Below are positions 27,011 through 39,763 of a stretch of 64,000 nt of DNA, piece by piece. Origin of the DNA: Phaeosaccion multiseriatum (lineage: Eukaryota > Protista > Ochrophyta, other classes); assembly GCA_965112735.1 (NCBI GenBank), contig OZ218960.1, forward strand, positions 1,984,001 through 2,048,000. The letters are read 5' to 3'. Each line of letters opens with the position of its first letter. Position 1 is the first letter of the stretch. The translations under genes were made by a program, and so were the position numbers. Below the pieces are notes generated by a model, which searched no databases, was not told the DNA's origin, and saw nothing but the letters and a program-made list of their open reading frames with translations.

Positions 27011-27758
27011 TTATGCACTCTCCTGTATCTGGTCCCCACTCTGGGATATACGTGGGGAGTACACCGCTTGGGAGAAGATGGCGGCGGAGAAGAGAGCGGT
27101 GATGGGGATGGTGAGGCACCACCCCACCAACACCTTCAACACCTTGGGCCAGTGCAGCCCGTGCCGCCCCTCCGCGATGAGCACGCCCACGAGGGAGCCC
27201 ACGATGCAGTGCGTGGTGGACAGGGGCAGCTGCAGATGGGTGCCGATCACAATAGTCAGCGTGCCGCCCAGCAGCACGCAGAAGCCTCGCGAAGGAGAGA
27301 TTTTGCCGAGCTCGAAGCCCAGCAACGTGCTTTGGCGGTGTGTCAAAGAGAGTGGAGACGAGAGGAGAGGAGAGGGTGTCAGTGCATGCAAAAGCAAGGT
27401 ATTGGGTACGATACAGAGAGAGAAAGGAAGGGGTTGGGGGGGAGCAACCCCCTCATTTCGCCCTGAGTAAACACCTTCTAATCTTGCCTTCTCTCTCTTT
27501 CTCTCCGTCTCTTACTTTAGCTTGTATCCGAGGAGCAAAATACCCACGGCCATTCCGATGGACACGGCGACAAAGAAGCCCCACTCGTGCCCGCTACCAT
27601 CCAAGGAAGAATTCTTGGACACGACGCCGTTCTGAAAGATGGAATAGAGTCCGATGAGAGGGCCCATCGCGTTGGACACGTCCTTCGCCCCGTGCACATA
27701 GCTTAGAGAGCACGCGCCAAATAGTTGCAGGTACTTGAACACCTGATTGGTTGGTTGG

Positions 27759-27789
<31 letters not shown>

Positions 27790-30057
27790 ATTAAGTGGCA
27801 GGCAGGGGAGGGGGGGAAGGGGAGGACAGCAGCAGCAAGCAGCAGGAGCAGCACCAGCGGATGCAGGCTGTCAGGAAAGAGCACGGGTTGGCTGCATTTG
27901 CTTTCGGACACGGCATGTTAGCAGAGAGGACAAAAAGAACAGTACGGCCGACGTGTGGACGCATAGTCCTACTGAATCAATCACTCTCTCACTCACTTAC
28001 TCACTGACTTACTCACTCCCTTTACCACTCACTCACTCACTCTCTCCCTCTCTCACTCCCTCACTCCCTCACGTACTTCTTCAGTGCGAAAGTCGAAGGC
28101 CTCACTCTTGGCGTAGATGGCCTCCACTCTTGCGTCTAGAGCGCCCGCAGCTTCACAGTCTGCCGTGACGTTCTTGACTACCGTCCGCACCAAGGGCAGC
28201 CTGCTCGCAAACGCGAGTATGCTTTTTGCACCAGCAGCCGCATTGGTGCCACCAGTAGAGTGCGCGTCGCTATCGTCAGGAAAGGAAGGGCAAAGGAGCG
28301 AGAAGGTAGAGGGGGGTTGGGGGGGCGGGGGGGCGGGGGGGGGGTGTGACTCGTCCTCGCACGTCGAGAACTATCGAACTGTAGCCTCACTCTCACACAC
28401 ACGTCCCTCACCTTTTACTTTTCTGCACCCCTCCCGCGGGACGAGCGAAGGAGTGTTCTGACGCCTATAAGGGGGGAGGGGGTGGGGGGGAGAGAGAGTA
28501 TAAGCGGCCCGCCGGTTGCAGTCGCAGAGCAGAGCAAGGACAGGAAGGAAGGGTGCCGCAGCAGCAGCGCACTCGACAAACTCTCCAACACCCCTTGAGA
28601 ACCGAACGAATAACGAATGAGACAACAACTCACCCTGAGTTTTACCCTCTGTCGGAGGAAAGGAATGACCGACGGAACAGACACCACCGCCGCGGAAGCG
28701 CCAATGCCAAATGCTATGGAGTAAGTGCGAGAGAAGGGCATCTCTTCGATGCCCAACAGCGAGCCCGCCTTGGTGGTGATGTAGAAGACGTTGACGATAA
28801 GACTGACGCCGATGAGACAAGGGTAGGCCCAGAACACCTTCCTCACTGAGTTGTCTCCTCGCATGATGACGCCTCGGACCAGTGTAAAACAGAAGGCGCC
28901 GCCCGCGATGGCAATGGCGGGAGATAGGAAGGTGGAGACGGCGAGAGAAGAAACGCCTTTCATCTACAGAAGGAGAGCGTTGGGGAGGAGAGTACTTTAG
29001 ATCTGAGGACAGCAGTGAACGAGGCCCGCGCCGGCTTCCTCTGTCTTTAGTCGAGCTTGAGCAGAGGTTTACGCAGCTGTCCCAAACGACTCACATAGGG
29101 GAAGGCCTCGTATGGCGTGTACCAGTCCACACAATTTGGGCTTACACAGATGCCCATGCCTATCAAGCCTCCGAGAATACTATTGTTTGTTCGAGAAATA
29201 TACGTGTGGGAGAGGCGTTAGTCCAGGGGGTTGTTAGAGCGAGGTGTGTGGAGACTGATAGAGAGAGTCTTGTTGCTACCGCCAACCTATGTGTGGTAGA
29301 GCACGGCATGCCCGCAAAGCATGTGAGCAGGAGCCACGTGGATGCAGAGAAGAGAGCACACCCCAGGCCGAACATGAGAACGCCAGGGTCTTCCTCTGTT
29401 TCAGTCAAGGAGGGGCGAGGTGGGAGCGAGAGCGTCACATGCCGGACAAGTACAGTGGAGAGGCCAAGTAAATACAGTGGAGAGGGAGTTCCTTGTTGCG
29501 TATCTTACCAAAGCACTGGTAGTCTACCACCTTGAAGCCCAGCAATGAACAGGCAGAGGAGCGAGGAAGGGTCGTTAAAAGCGGGCATTGGATTGGACTT
29601 ACTACGTGCGTCGTTGGGAGGCAAGTCAAGCTTCGTGGGAGTGTACCTTCTTGTTGATGGTGCTTCCTTCCCTGGCACCAATCGTAAGCGAACCGATCAT
29701 CTCCAAGGCGGAGCCGAGTGTGATGGCGAACAAGAGGCCCGCAGACCTGCTCCCGACGACAACCCCCTATGGTATGGCACGCAGGACCAGAGAGACAACA
29801 CCGTTTAATGACAGAGGAAAACTAGACCCCAAAAGGTTTGAGAATATCTATCTCACCCATGAATTAGCAAAGTCATTGGCTCCTATGCCCATGGCCATAA
29901 GAATGGCACTAAAAAAGCCCAGGGTGGCCACCTGAGAAGGGAGAACAAGGGGAAGAAAGAGGAAAAAGAGGAGAGTGTCAATGATGAAAACTCTCTCGCT
30001 ATCCCTACTCTTCTCTTCTCGTCTTCTCACCCAAGAGTATTCACCGTCTTCTTCCAT
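27011..30057 (-). CDS. PiT/PHO4-family inorganic phosphate transporter, multi-exon
   Basis: GIGANDFANSW, GMPCSTTH, FKYLQLFGACSLSYVHGAKDVSNAMGP, SPSRGF, LPLSTTHCIVGS, GWCLTIP. Confidence 0.88.
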
Positions 30058-30242
30058 CTCTTCCCTCTACTTCCCCACAAACCCTACTAACTCGCACATG
30101 GGAGAGAGGAAAAACAAATGAGAACCTCCAAGCAAGCAAGTAACGACCTTGTCCGACGACGAGTAACAAATGGCGACTGCTCCATTTTTTTTCTTTTCTT
30201 TTTTTTCTGCCGGCAGAGATCCGGCAGACGCAGAACGCTGCC

Positions 30243-30920
30243 ATGACGTCCTCCGTCGTGCTGTTGGGTGCCACAGGCGCCGTCGGTTCTCGGGTCGTTC
30301 ACGCCCTCGCCAAGCGAGTGGAGTTGCAACGTCTGACACTTCCGGGCCGAAGACCGCTGGAGTCGATCGACGCCGAGATTGTGAAACAGGTTGTGTGCGA
30401 TATTCACGAGCCCTCCAGCTACGCCTCCGTGCTCCCTGGTCACGAAACTGCTATCTGCACCCTGGGCGTCGGTCAACCGAGCAAGGTCAGTCGCGAAGAA
30501 TTCGTAAAGATCGACAAGGTCGCAGTGCTGGCTTTCGCCACAGAGTGTGAGCGAGCAGGAATCAAGCACTTTCAGCTGCTAAGCTCGGTCGGTGTCAGTG
30601 ATGAGTCGCGCTCTTTCCACCTCAAGACCAAAGGTGAACTCGAAACGGGTCTACGGGCGCTTGGTTTCAACAGACTGAGCCTGTTCCATCCTTCGATGAT
30701 TATTACACCGAACAATCGCTACGGGGCCAGTCAGGCAATTGCCCTGGCTGTCTGGCCGCTCCTCACGCCAATACTGCCAGGGCCGTTGCGCAAACTTCGA
30801 GGAATTCCCGTCGATCGACTCGCGCAAGCAATCGCCACGAACGCCTTTCAGTCCGGCCAGGAGGGTGAGGAAACGCTGGAATGGGATGAGCTCATGAAAC
30901 TGTCTTCACCCACGAGCTGA
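30243..30920 (+). CDS. TIP30/CC3/YraR-like NAD(P)-binding atypical SDR, intronless
   Basis: LLGATGAVG Rossmann motif, CTLG, FVKID, FQLLSSVG, LKTKGELE. Confidence 0.85.
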   Translation: MTSSVVLLGATGAVGSRVVHALAKRVELQRLTLPGRRPLESIDAEIVKQVVCDIHEPSSYASVLPGHETAICTLGVGQPSKVSREEFVKIDKVAVLAFATECERAGIKHFQLLSSVGVSDESRSFHLKTKGELETGLRALGFNRLSLFHPSMIITPNNRYGASQAIALAVWPLLTPILPGPLRKLRGIPVDRLAQAIATNAFQSGQEGEETLEWDELMKLSSPTS

Positions 30921-31047
30921 GAGGTCAGGTGCTCCCGCTAGAGACAAGCCCCGATAAGAGAAGGGATTTTCAGCGCGGTCGTATCGACCGGATTGCCATC
31001 GACGCTCGGATCGGCCAGCGCGGATCGGGCCAACGCATCCAGATCAG

Positions 31048-31221
31048 TTGGCCTTAGGCGAGGCTTCTCTGGCTCGAGACTTTTGGCGGGGGGGGGGGGC
31101 GTAGACCACCTCTGGCTTGTGGTTTCTGGCCGCAGGCCGGCCCCTGGCTTCTTGACTTTTGGCTGCAGGCCGCCTTTGGCTTCTGGCTATCGAGGGCCAG
31201 AGATACCTCGCCTACGGCCGG
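31048..31221. mobile_element. MITE-like element with imperfect ~30-bp TIR and 6-bp TSD
   Basis: Left TTGGCCTTAGGCGAGGCTTCTCTGGC vs right GCCAGAGATACCTCGCCTACGGCCGG; TSD GATCAG at 31042-31047 and 31222-31227. Confidence 0.75.
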
Positions 31222-31357
31222 GATCAGGGTTCTTGATACCTAGTTCTGTCAGGCTGGCTGGTACTGGCTGGAATCAACTTTTGCGTCGATGGCAAGGGAC
31301 GGGCAGGGATGCGACCTTGTGGGCTAACCCCCCCCCCCCCCCCCACATAGATGGCAC

Positions 31358-31690
31358 TTAAGGGTGAAATAGTCCGTTCACCACGTAAGCCGCTGACACC
31401 CGCGCTGCCCCGGCTACTCTTTAGTTTTAAATTAACACTCGATTTGCGTGAAAATCGCCCAAATCGCCCAAATCGCCTGAAGTACGAGGGCAGTTTTTGG
31501 ACACATGCAGCAAAATGACGCTGGGAGAAGCGCTATAGCTCTTCGTGTAGCTCTTTGAGATGCCTATCGATCCATAGTCTTTCGGCTTTCATCGCTTTTC
31601 CCCTTCCCTACATGTCAGTATTTCGGCAAGAGTACTCCCCCTTGCCGCCCGATCTCTAAAACAACGAGCGATTTGGGCGATTCTTACACT
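31358..31690. mobile_element. Possible Kolobok-like DNA transposon remnant
   Basis: Begins TTAA-GG; internal AAATCGCCC triplet inverted relative to GCGATTTGGGCGATT at ~31667-31682; no matching right terminus seen. Confidence 0.3.
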
Positions 31691-32227
31691 TTTTTCTTCT
31701 CTTCTAGGCACCATACTTACATTGATTGCTCTACTCTCTGCGGCCAACACCCCTCGCGGGGTGATGACGCGCCAGCGGAAGCTCATTACTTGCTGAAACT
31801 CCTCGTAGTGGCGACACGTCTTTGCTCTCTTCCAGTCTTCCAGAGAAGTACGTGGTGACCGCGGCACCGCCTGGTGCTTGGCTTCATCTAAGGCTGCACC
31901 TGAGTGTCGGAGTGTCGCCTGGGGGCCAGGGTCCTTAAGGAGAGACCCTCAGCAACGCTCCTCCGCGCGGGGAGTATGGAGGGGCATTGGACCGAGAACA
32001 GCCCGTCGGCATGTCCTCAAGGCACCACCTTACTCGGCTCAGTCTCTCCGAGGAGAGGTGAGAGGGGAGAGGGGGGCTGGTGGGGCTCCTTGCACCCTTT
32101 CCGGGCGAAGCAGCAGCATGGCAGTTTGTGAGCGACGACGCTCCCCGTGTGCCGCAGACCCTGCCCCGCAGTCACTGCCTTTGACCGTTGGCCTCGGAGG
32201 GTAAAGGTGCCACCTGCTGTTCTGCTG

Positions 32228-33916
32228 CTACTTCTCCTCCTCCTCCCCCTCCCCCTCTTGCTCCATGGCCTCCGCTGCTGCCCTCCTGTCCTCCTCCGCA
32301 AGCTCCCTCCTCGCCTCCAGCAAGTCCTCCTTGGCCGCATCGAGAGAGCGCGTGTAGCGCGTTTGAAACGCTCGGCCCTTCTCAGTGCTGCTGCGGCGAT
32401 AGGAGCGAGGGCTCATCTGACCAGACATCAGCGCCCGCTTTAGCTACGCCACGTGAAGAGCGGGTGGGGGTGGGAGTGGGACAGCACAGCGGCAGCAGCA
32501 AGAGCAGCAGCAGCAGCAACAGCAGGGAGTGGTGAGAAGGGGAGCTGGGGCGTGGGGCTGGAAGAGGCGCCAGACATTTCTGATTACTGATCTGTCGCTC
32601 GATGCAAAGTACGGGCGCGTCTGTCGTCATGTCCGTCTTGCCCCTCTCTCTTTCATTCAGTCCCCCCCCCCCCCCCGCCCCATTTTTTTAGCCTTCCAGG
32701 CCACCCTCCTGTGGCTCACATCCATCCCTATCCCGCCCTCTCTTTCCTCTACCCTACCTTGGCCTTCTCTGAGTCCCTCCCTATCCTCTCCTACCTTTGC
32801 CTTCTCGGTGTACATGGTGAGATACTCCATCATCATATCTTCCGAGGCCTTGCGCTTCACCTCCTCATCCTCCGTCAGCGGCCCCGTCACGATGGGCGTG
32901 GGCGGGAGCGTCTTTCTACGTATGCCAGCAGCACCGGGGCTCTGTTCTTTCTCGCGCTGCTGCTGGCGACTTCTCCTCCTCCCTTGCGTGCCTCCTCCGT
33001 CGCTGTCACCCTCGTCGCTGTCCTCCTCCTTCCACCCGGCCACGGCCTTCTCCCACTCCTCGTCCTCGTCGTCGTCATCGTCGTCGTCATTGTCGTCGTC
33101 GTTGTCCTCTTCGTTTCCTCCGGCCTGGTCCTCGCTGGCGTCGGCCTGAAGGCAATCGCCACCATCCTCACCATCGCCACCAGTTCCATGAACAACATCT
33201 CTTTCGTCACACCCTCTGGGATAGGAGTCTCTCCAAGTGTGCCTCTGCCGCCAGCTCGTGCCCGCACCCATGTCCAAGCTCGTTGAGTCCCTGCCGTCAT
33301 CACTGCAGCTGTGGCTATTGACACCCATGGACATCCCTGTGCTACCATCGTGTCGTCCCGCTCTCCCACCACCACCCTCACCGCTGTTTGAACTTGAAGG
33401 CGATCTCTTGCCCCGCACAAGACTGAAAGGAGGGAGCTTCATGTTGGTCGGGGAGGGAGGTGGCGAAGTAGCTGCAGGAGCCCTAGGAGAATCATGGCCT
33501 CTCAAAGTCCGACGCGGCGATAGCGACAGCGATCCAGAGCTAACCTGCTGTAGGAGAGTCCGTCGCAGCTCCACGGTCCGACGCGGCGATAAGCTCTCTG
33601 CTCGACCACAAAGTCCTCCCCTCTCCCCCGATCCTCCAAAAGAATTGCCATCCCGGACGCCAGAAGCAGCGCCAGGGTAGCAACGTGCCCCGGGAGGGTA
33701 AGTTGCAGAGGGCGAGAAAATAGGTTGGAAGGAAGGACGCTTTGAGTGTTGCTGCTGCCGCGGCTGCTGCTGTTGGAGATCCCAAGAGAGAGAGAAGAGA
33801 TCCGGCCTTTCTCCTCGGCCAGAAGGCCGCTGCCACATCGAAGGCTTTGGCCTCTCTGAGGGGGGGGGGGGGGGGGTGCCGATTGTTACTTTTAGAGCCG
33901 AAACGTCGGCATCCAA
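32228..33916 (-). CDS. Hypothetical low-complexity protein (2 exons, start uncertain)
   Basis: Long ORF to donor at ~32794 (KAK|GT) spliced to LKRALMSGQMSPRSY...EEEEK*; no recognised domain. Confidence 0.45.
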
Positions 33917-34029
33917 GATGTCTAAATGTTAATGTTGGGGTGGTGTCAAGTTGGTTGTGCGTTGTGAGTGTTAGCTCATGTCTGGCAGTATTGCCGTGCG
34001 GTGGTGAGGCAGTGAAATCTTTTATTGGT

Positions 34030-37000
34030 TCATTGGGGGAGTCGCTTTTGTACATACTCCATGAGCGCGTCGAGCCGCGTCTCTACTTCTGTCCGAAGAG
34101 CGGATATCTCCTCGGAGAGAGCTGCCCCCGAGCCGAGAGGGAGCGGAGCGGAGGGGGGGGCAGGCACCACGTCCTCTTCTTCCTCGGGCGCACTCTGCCG
34201 CTGCTGCTGCTCCTGCTGCTCCTCCTGCTGCTCCTCCTGCTGCTCCTCCTGCTGCTCCTCCTGCTCCTCCTCCTGCTGCTGCTGCTGCTGCTGCCCCTCA
34301 GAAGGAGGGGCCACGTACGTCTTGGCAAGGTCCAGGATTGTGCGCACCCCCCCGTTGCGTTTCAGGTACAGCATGATCTCCGCTCGCCGGACCCGTGCGA
34401 CGTGTCTCGGGTAGCGGCGCACGACAGCGTGGAAGTCTTCCCTGTTCAGCGTATACGCGTCCACGAAGCCCTTGGCAATGGTGGCGTATTCGTACGTCCT
34501 GCGAGAGCGACAAGAAAGGGAAAGGGGGGACGGCACGGGGTGTGTTAGCCTCTCCCTCTCTCCCTCTCTCCCGTTCTCGGTCTCTCTCTCCCTCTCCGTC
34601 TCGCCCCGCTCTCACCCCCTCTGTTCTCTCCCTCCCTCCCCCTCCCTCTCTCCCTCCCCCCTGGTGGGCCAATCAATCAGCCCGCAAGGCAGCTTCACCC
34701 ATGCAGCAGCGGTGGCTCACCCTCACCCTCACCTTCTCCTAGCCATGATGATTTCCTCTCCCACACATCGATTGTCGCCGCCGAAGAAGTCGCCCATGTG
34801 CCCTACCAAGGTCAATGCGCCTTGATAGATCATGAATGCAGAATTGGACTGAAGGAAAGTGCCGAGCAAGCGTGTACATACACAGGTGCAGTCAGCGGGT
34901 GGGCGGTGGAGGGCTTGCTCAGAGCTTAAGAGGGTAGGGGGTGGGTGGTTGGTGACCTTCAGAGGAGCGGAGAGAAGACTCTGGACTCGCACGGGGGGGG
35001 TGGGTTGAGCGCATGCATGCGGGCGTGAGTGTACCCACCAGATGGAGCAAAGGGGCTCTAGAGGAGAGGAGAGGAGGACAGGACAGGACAGGAGAGGAGA
35101 GGAGGACAGGACGGGGAAAGAGAGGAGAAGAGGAGAGGAGAGGCGGAGAGCCGGAAGGCAGCGAGTCTTGCAAAACCAACCGCACACACCTCGTCCGTCC
35201 GTTTGAAGAGATAATCCCCGGGGTAGAAAGACGCCTCCTCCAGCTGGAGTAGAAGGTCCACAACCAAGCTGTTGTTGCTGCTGTTCAGCCAAAGCACGCC
35301 ATTGTACCACTCGCCGTGCACTTGCCTGGTCACGGGGTGATGGGATGGGGCAGGGGGGAGCAAGGGGGGGGCGGAGTGACAGTTCGAGCTGGGTTTAGCA
35401 CAACAATGTACTGCGGCGGTATGGCAAGGCATGGGCGGAGGATGGGGTATGCGATATGGAGTATGGAGTATGATGCATACCCCTGTACATGTGCTATCGG
35501 TTCTACCACCGGCCCCAGACCCAGGAGGAGAGCCCACTACCTCCGTTGGAGTCGGATCTTCTGAGTGTCACTCACCGCAAGAGCCTCGCACCCATCTGCG
35601 GAGACAGACGCCTCACGAGGGCGTACTGATCCGTGAGGCTGAAGCCCGTCCCAGCGGCCGTCTTGGCGAAGAAAGTTCGCATCTTGACCTTTTCTACTTG
35701 TGGCAGCTGCAGAAGTAGAGAGGGTAAGGGTAGAGAGAGAGAGGGTGGGGGGAGGGGAGGGAAGGAGAGGAGAGGGGAGGAGAGGGAGATGACCGGATGA
35801 TGTGTTAGTACACTTGCAAGTCTCGAGGAGCACAAACGACACAAATTGTAATCAAAGAGCGCCCCGCCCCCATGAAGACAAGCACCCGTTACCGGTGTAT
35901 CCCATGTGCCTACTCCACTCGTACTGTGTCGTACCTACCTGCGTACCTACGCGCCTGCCTGCCCACACACTCCCGTTATCCCATCTGCCTGCCCCACACT
36001 ACCACTCGTACAACGTACTGTATGTGTATACCGTACCCATGTGCCTGCCCACACACCACTCTTACAGTATGAATGTAAGGTACCTACCTGGAATCGATGC
36101 AGAAGGTCGTTGACATTGCCAAGAAGTTGCTTCCTCTCCGCCTCCTCCTGCCCCATGTTGAGCACCACTTGGATGAGAGCGCCGGTTAAGTAAGCATATA
36201 TGGTGGCCCCCACCAGCATGCAAACTGTGGCGTAAGCTCTCTCCACTGTGTTGACGAGAGCTGTGGGGAGGGGAGGAAGAGGGAGAGGGAGGAGAGACGG
36301 AGAGAGAGGGGGGAAGAGGAAGGAAGGAAGAGGGAGAGGGGATGAGAGAGAGGGGGGGTAACAGGTGCGGCAAAGGGGGAAAAGGTGAGGCAGAGACACT
36401 CGCGAAAGCCATGGCAGGATGCAGGAAGAGGCTTGGTGCCAATGCTTGATGCTTGGTGCTTACTTACCGACATCTCCGTAACCGATAGTAGACAGAGTCA
36501 TAGAAGCCCAGTAGATGCCGTACAGCCACTGCTCTCCCACGGTCTGCGACTCGAGATCATTGTACACGATGAAGTTGGTGGCTTGTGGGTTGATGTCGGC
36601 GATCACAAAGAGCCCGCAGGCCATGAGGTGCAAGATGAGGGCCAGCATTACCCCGAACTGAGACAGATAGAGTGTGTTGTAGTCGAGGTCATGGTCCACT
36701 TCAAACAGCTTCAGGAAGCGACGGCTGCCCAGGATCTGTGTGGGTGTGTGGGTGCGGGGGTGGGGTGGGGGGATGGACGTGGGGGGGGTGAGGGGACGTG
36801 AGGGAGTGAGAAAGAGAGAGAGAAAGAGAGAGCAGGGGAGGGGGTGAGAGAGTGAGAAAGGTAGAGAGGGGAGAGAGAGCGGGGGAGGGGGGGGGAGAGT
36901 GGGAAAGGTAGAGAGGGGAGAGAGGGCGGGGGAGGGGGGGAGACGGTAAGAAAGACAGGGAGAGGAGAGAGAGAGCGGGGGAGGGGGTGATATAAGATAA

Positions 37001-38670
37001 AGAGGGAGAGGGGGAGAGAAGAGAGGGAGAGTGCGTGAGAGAGTGAGAAAGAGGGAGAGGGGAGAGAGAGAAGAGGGAGAGGGGGTGAGAGAGTGAGCAA
37101 GAGGGAGAGGGGAGAGAGAGAAGAGGGAGAGGGGGTGAGAGAGTGAGCAAGAGGGAGAGGGGAGAGAGAAGAGGGAGAGGGGGTGAGAGAGTGAGCAAGA
37201 GGGAGAGGAGAGATAGAGGAGAGAGAACCTCCTTCGTCAAAGGTCGTTTGTGCAGGCGGTGCACTTGTTGGTGCAGTATGGTGGGTTGTGTCTATTCATC
37301 AGCGTAAGTAAGTGGGTAGAGAGGATGTGCATGGCGAAGCAGGCCATGGGGGGGGCGTACGAGTAAGGACTTGCAACCCGCTAGACTTGCCCCTTACATG
37401 CCTCATAACTCCCTTCCCCGTGTCATGCGTGAATTCAAGTACTCCAACTCAATCAAATCGTCACGTGCCTACCTTGGCCAGCCTGCCCAAGCGCAAGAGC
37501 TTGAAGAGGCGGAAGAGAGAGGTGGGGCCCGCTGTGCCCAAGAGGCCGAAGGGGAAGGTGGCGACAATGTCTACCCAGAACCAGAAGCTGAGGTAGCAGC
37601 GTATGATGCGGCATCGAGAGGTGATCAACACATCGTCGTCGTCAAACACCCCCAAGTTGAAGTTGACGAGTATGTCCACGACAAAGACCACGGTGACGAT
37701 AAAGTCGACGACGAAGAAGAAGTTGGCGTCGATTTCGGTGCTCCCGTACCAGGCAATGTCCACCGGGGTGAGGACAGACGTGAGGAATGTGAAAAAGAGC
37801 AAAATGAGGACCCAGTACAGCATGGGGCCCGAGCGAGGGTCAATGACGCAGGCGCTCCCCTGCAGCAGTCGAGGAGGGAGGAGGGGGGGGGTTGTTAGTG
37901 TGTGTGTTGAAGCAAAGGACTGCGAGTGATGTGCGATAGTCCTGGCAAACTCACCGTGACGAAGAAGCCCGAGGCATCGTCGTTGGCGGTGGCCCCCTCC
38001 TTGGCGCTCTTCATATCACGAAACTCTCGCAGGAACAAGGCCCTGTTCACCACTTCTCTCCCCAAGCTCTGACTCAGTCGCCTGTTCCGTTCAAGCATGA
38101 GCCCAGAGGGGGTGGGGAGGGGAGGAGGAGATGATGGAAAGATCTCCTTCACTGTGTGCTACGTCACCGGCTTCCGAGAAGCAGAGCGTATCAGCTGGTT
38201 CCCCGCACACAACTCTTTCTCCGCAGACTTTTACACTAATCACTATTCCACTAGGCTGTACCTCTTGCTCTCTTTTTTTTGTTCAACAGCAGTAAGCTGG
38301 AGTCGAGGGATACACACCTTTGCAATCGAGACAGCCGCCGAAATTGCACCCGCTCTCCAGTTTCTTCCCGCTCGCGCCCGCCAAAGCCGCAGCAGCAGCT
38401 CACTTCAGTTGTGCCTTCCTCCCCACCCTCCTGCTCCTGGTTGTTCCTCCTCTGTTCGGCCACTCGCTGCTTCACCAGCTTGGCCTCGGAGGGACTCATA
38501 TGCATGCTTCGCCCGATCTTGGGAAAAGGAGTCCGGCTCGGTGACTCCGTTCGGGCTGTGAGCTCGGCTTCGCTCCTGTCTTCCGCGACTTTGCTGTCTT
38601 CATCGTGTGCAGACGCCGGACTGCGGGGGACCTCGCTCTGCCTTCCAGCAAAGCCTGGCCCATGCGTGCT
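34030..38670 (-). CDS. Voltage-gated K+ channel with cyclic-nucleotide-binding domain (EAG/HCN/AKT-like), ~9 exons
   Basis: VDILVNFNLG, YLSFWFWVDIVATFPF, S4 LFRLFKLLRLGRL, pore YWASMTLSTIGYGDV, C-linker, FYPGDYLF and CNBD remnants; start uncertain. Confidence 0.88.
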
Positions 38671-39763
38671 CATGCCTGGCGGGAGGAGCGGGGGAACGCA
38701 GTGTATAGAGAGCGGGGCGGAGTCAGGAGAAGGTGAGGGGCTGAAAAAATGCCAGCAGGGGTGGGCCATGCTCTTTCATTCTATTGCGGGAAGGGGGGAA
38801 CCTGGTGCGTGGACATCTCTAGGTCTCGCTCAGACGCATAAACCTTAGGCAAAGGGTTATACAGGAATAAAAAAAGGGGGGGGCGGGGGGCAGGAAAGGT
38901 CATGTTAAGCCCGCCACTTACTGCCGATTGTCATCCTCGTTTCCTCCCTCAGGGCTTCAACCTATATAAAAGAACTCATTCCCTCCCCCAAACCGGCTCG
39001 TTCTGGGCTCGTATAGTCTTTCCCCCCTAGCATAGGGTACGAGAGAAGAGGTCAGATGCTCCCTAGACGAGGAGGAGCGTTGAGAAGGAGAGCTGAGAGA
39101 AAACAGGGGGAGAGGAGGTTGCCCGGCCCGTTGGTTGTATACGGGAAAATCGGGATGAATCGTATACGCTGTTTCGGGAGTGGCAGTTTCGGGCACAGAA
39201 AGCACAGCCGGGATGATGTCATTAACCTGGTGGACGAAGAATGTGGCGATAGGCCTACCAGCACAGGGCAGGCTAGGTTTGACGTGGGAATCAATTAGCG
39301 GGCCGCCCCTTTCGGGCCGGTCATTGGTGCGGATCTAATAATAAACAACAAACTGGAAAAAAAATGTATTTACTTGTGTGCTGTTCAACGCAGAGCCGTC
39401 CATACCTGTGGCATAACCAATTAATAAAGGCCTTAAGGGGCTGGTGTAAATGACGGTTGTGATCGATCTCTCGCCTGCGATACTGGCGACGAAGAGGAGG
39501 GCTCTCCGCTCTCCACACGCTCCTTCGTGCCTAGCTATGTACTCTTGCGCGCTTACCATACTCTCGTACGCCCTTGGGTAAGAGCCTTGCTTTCAAAAAG
39601 AGGGAGAGTGGACCCCCGGGATGCTCCCTCCCTTGGTGAGGTAGGTCGGGATGAGCTCGACCGGCACCTCCTCACCTCCCTCCGTCATCATGGGCGAGAG
39701 GCGCCGCAGTGACGGTCGGGCGGGACTTGTGAAGCTTGCGGATGAAGACCAGACCTCACAGAC

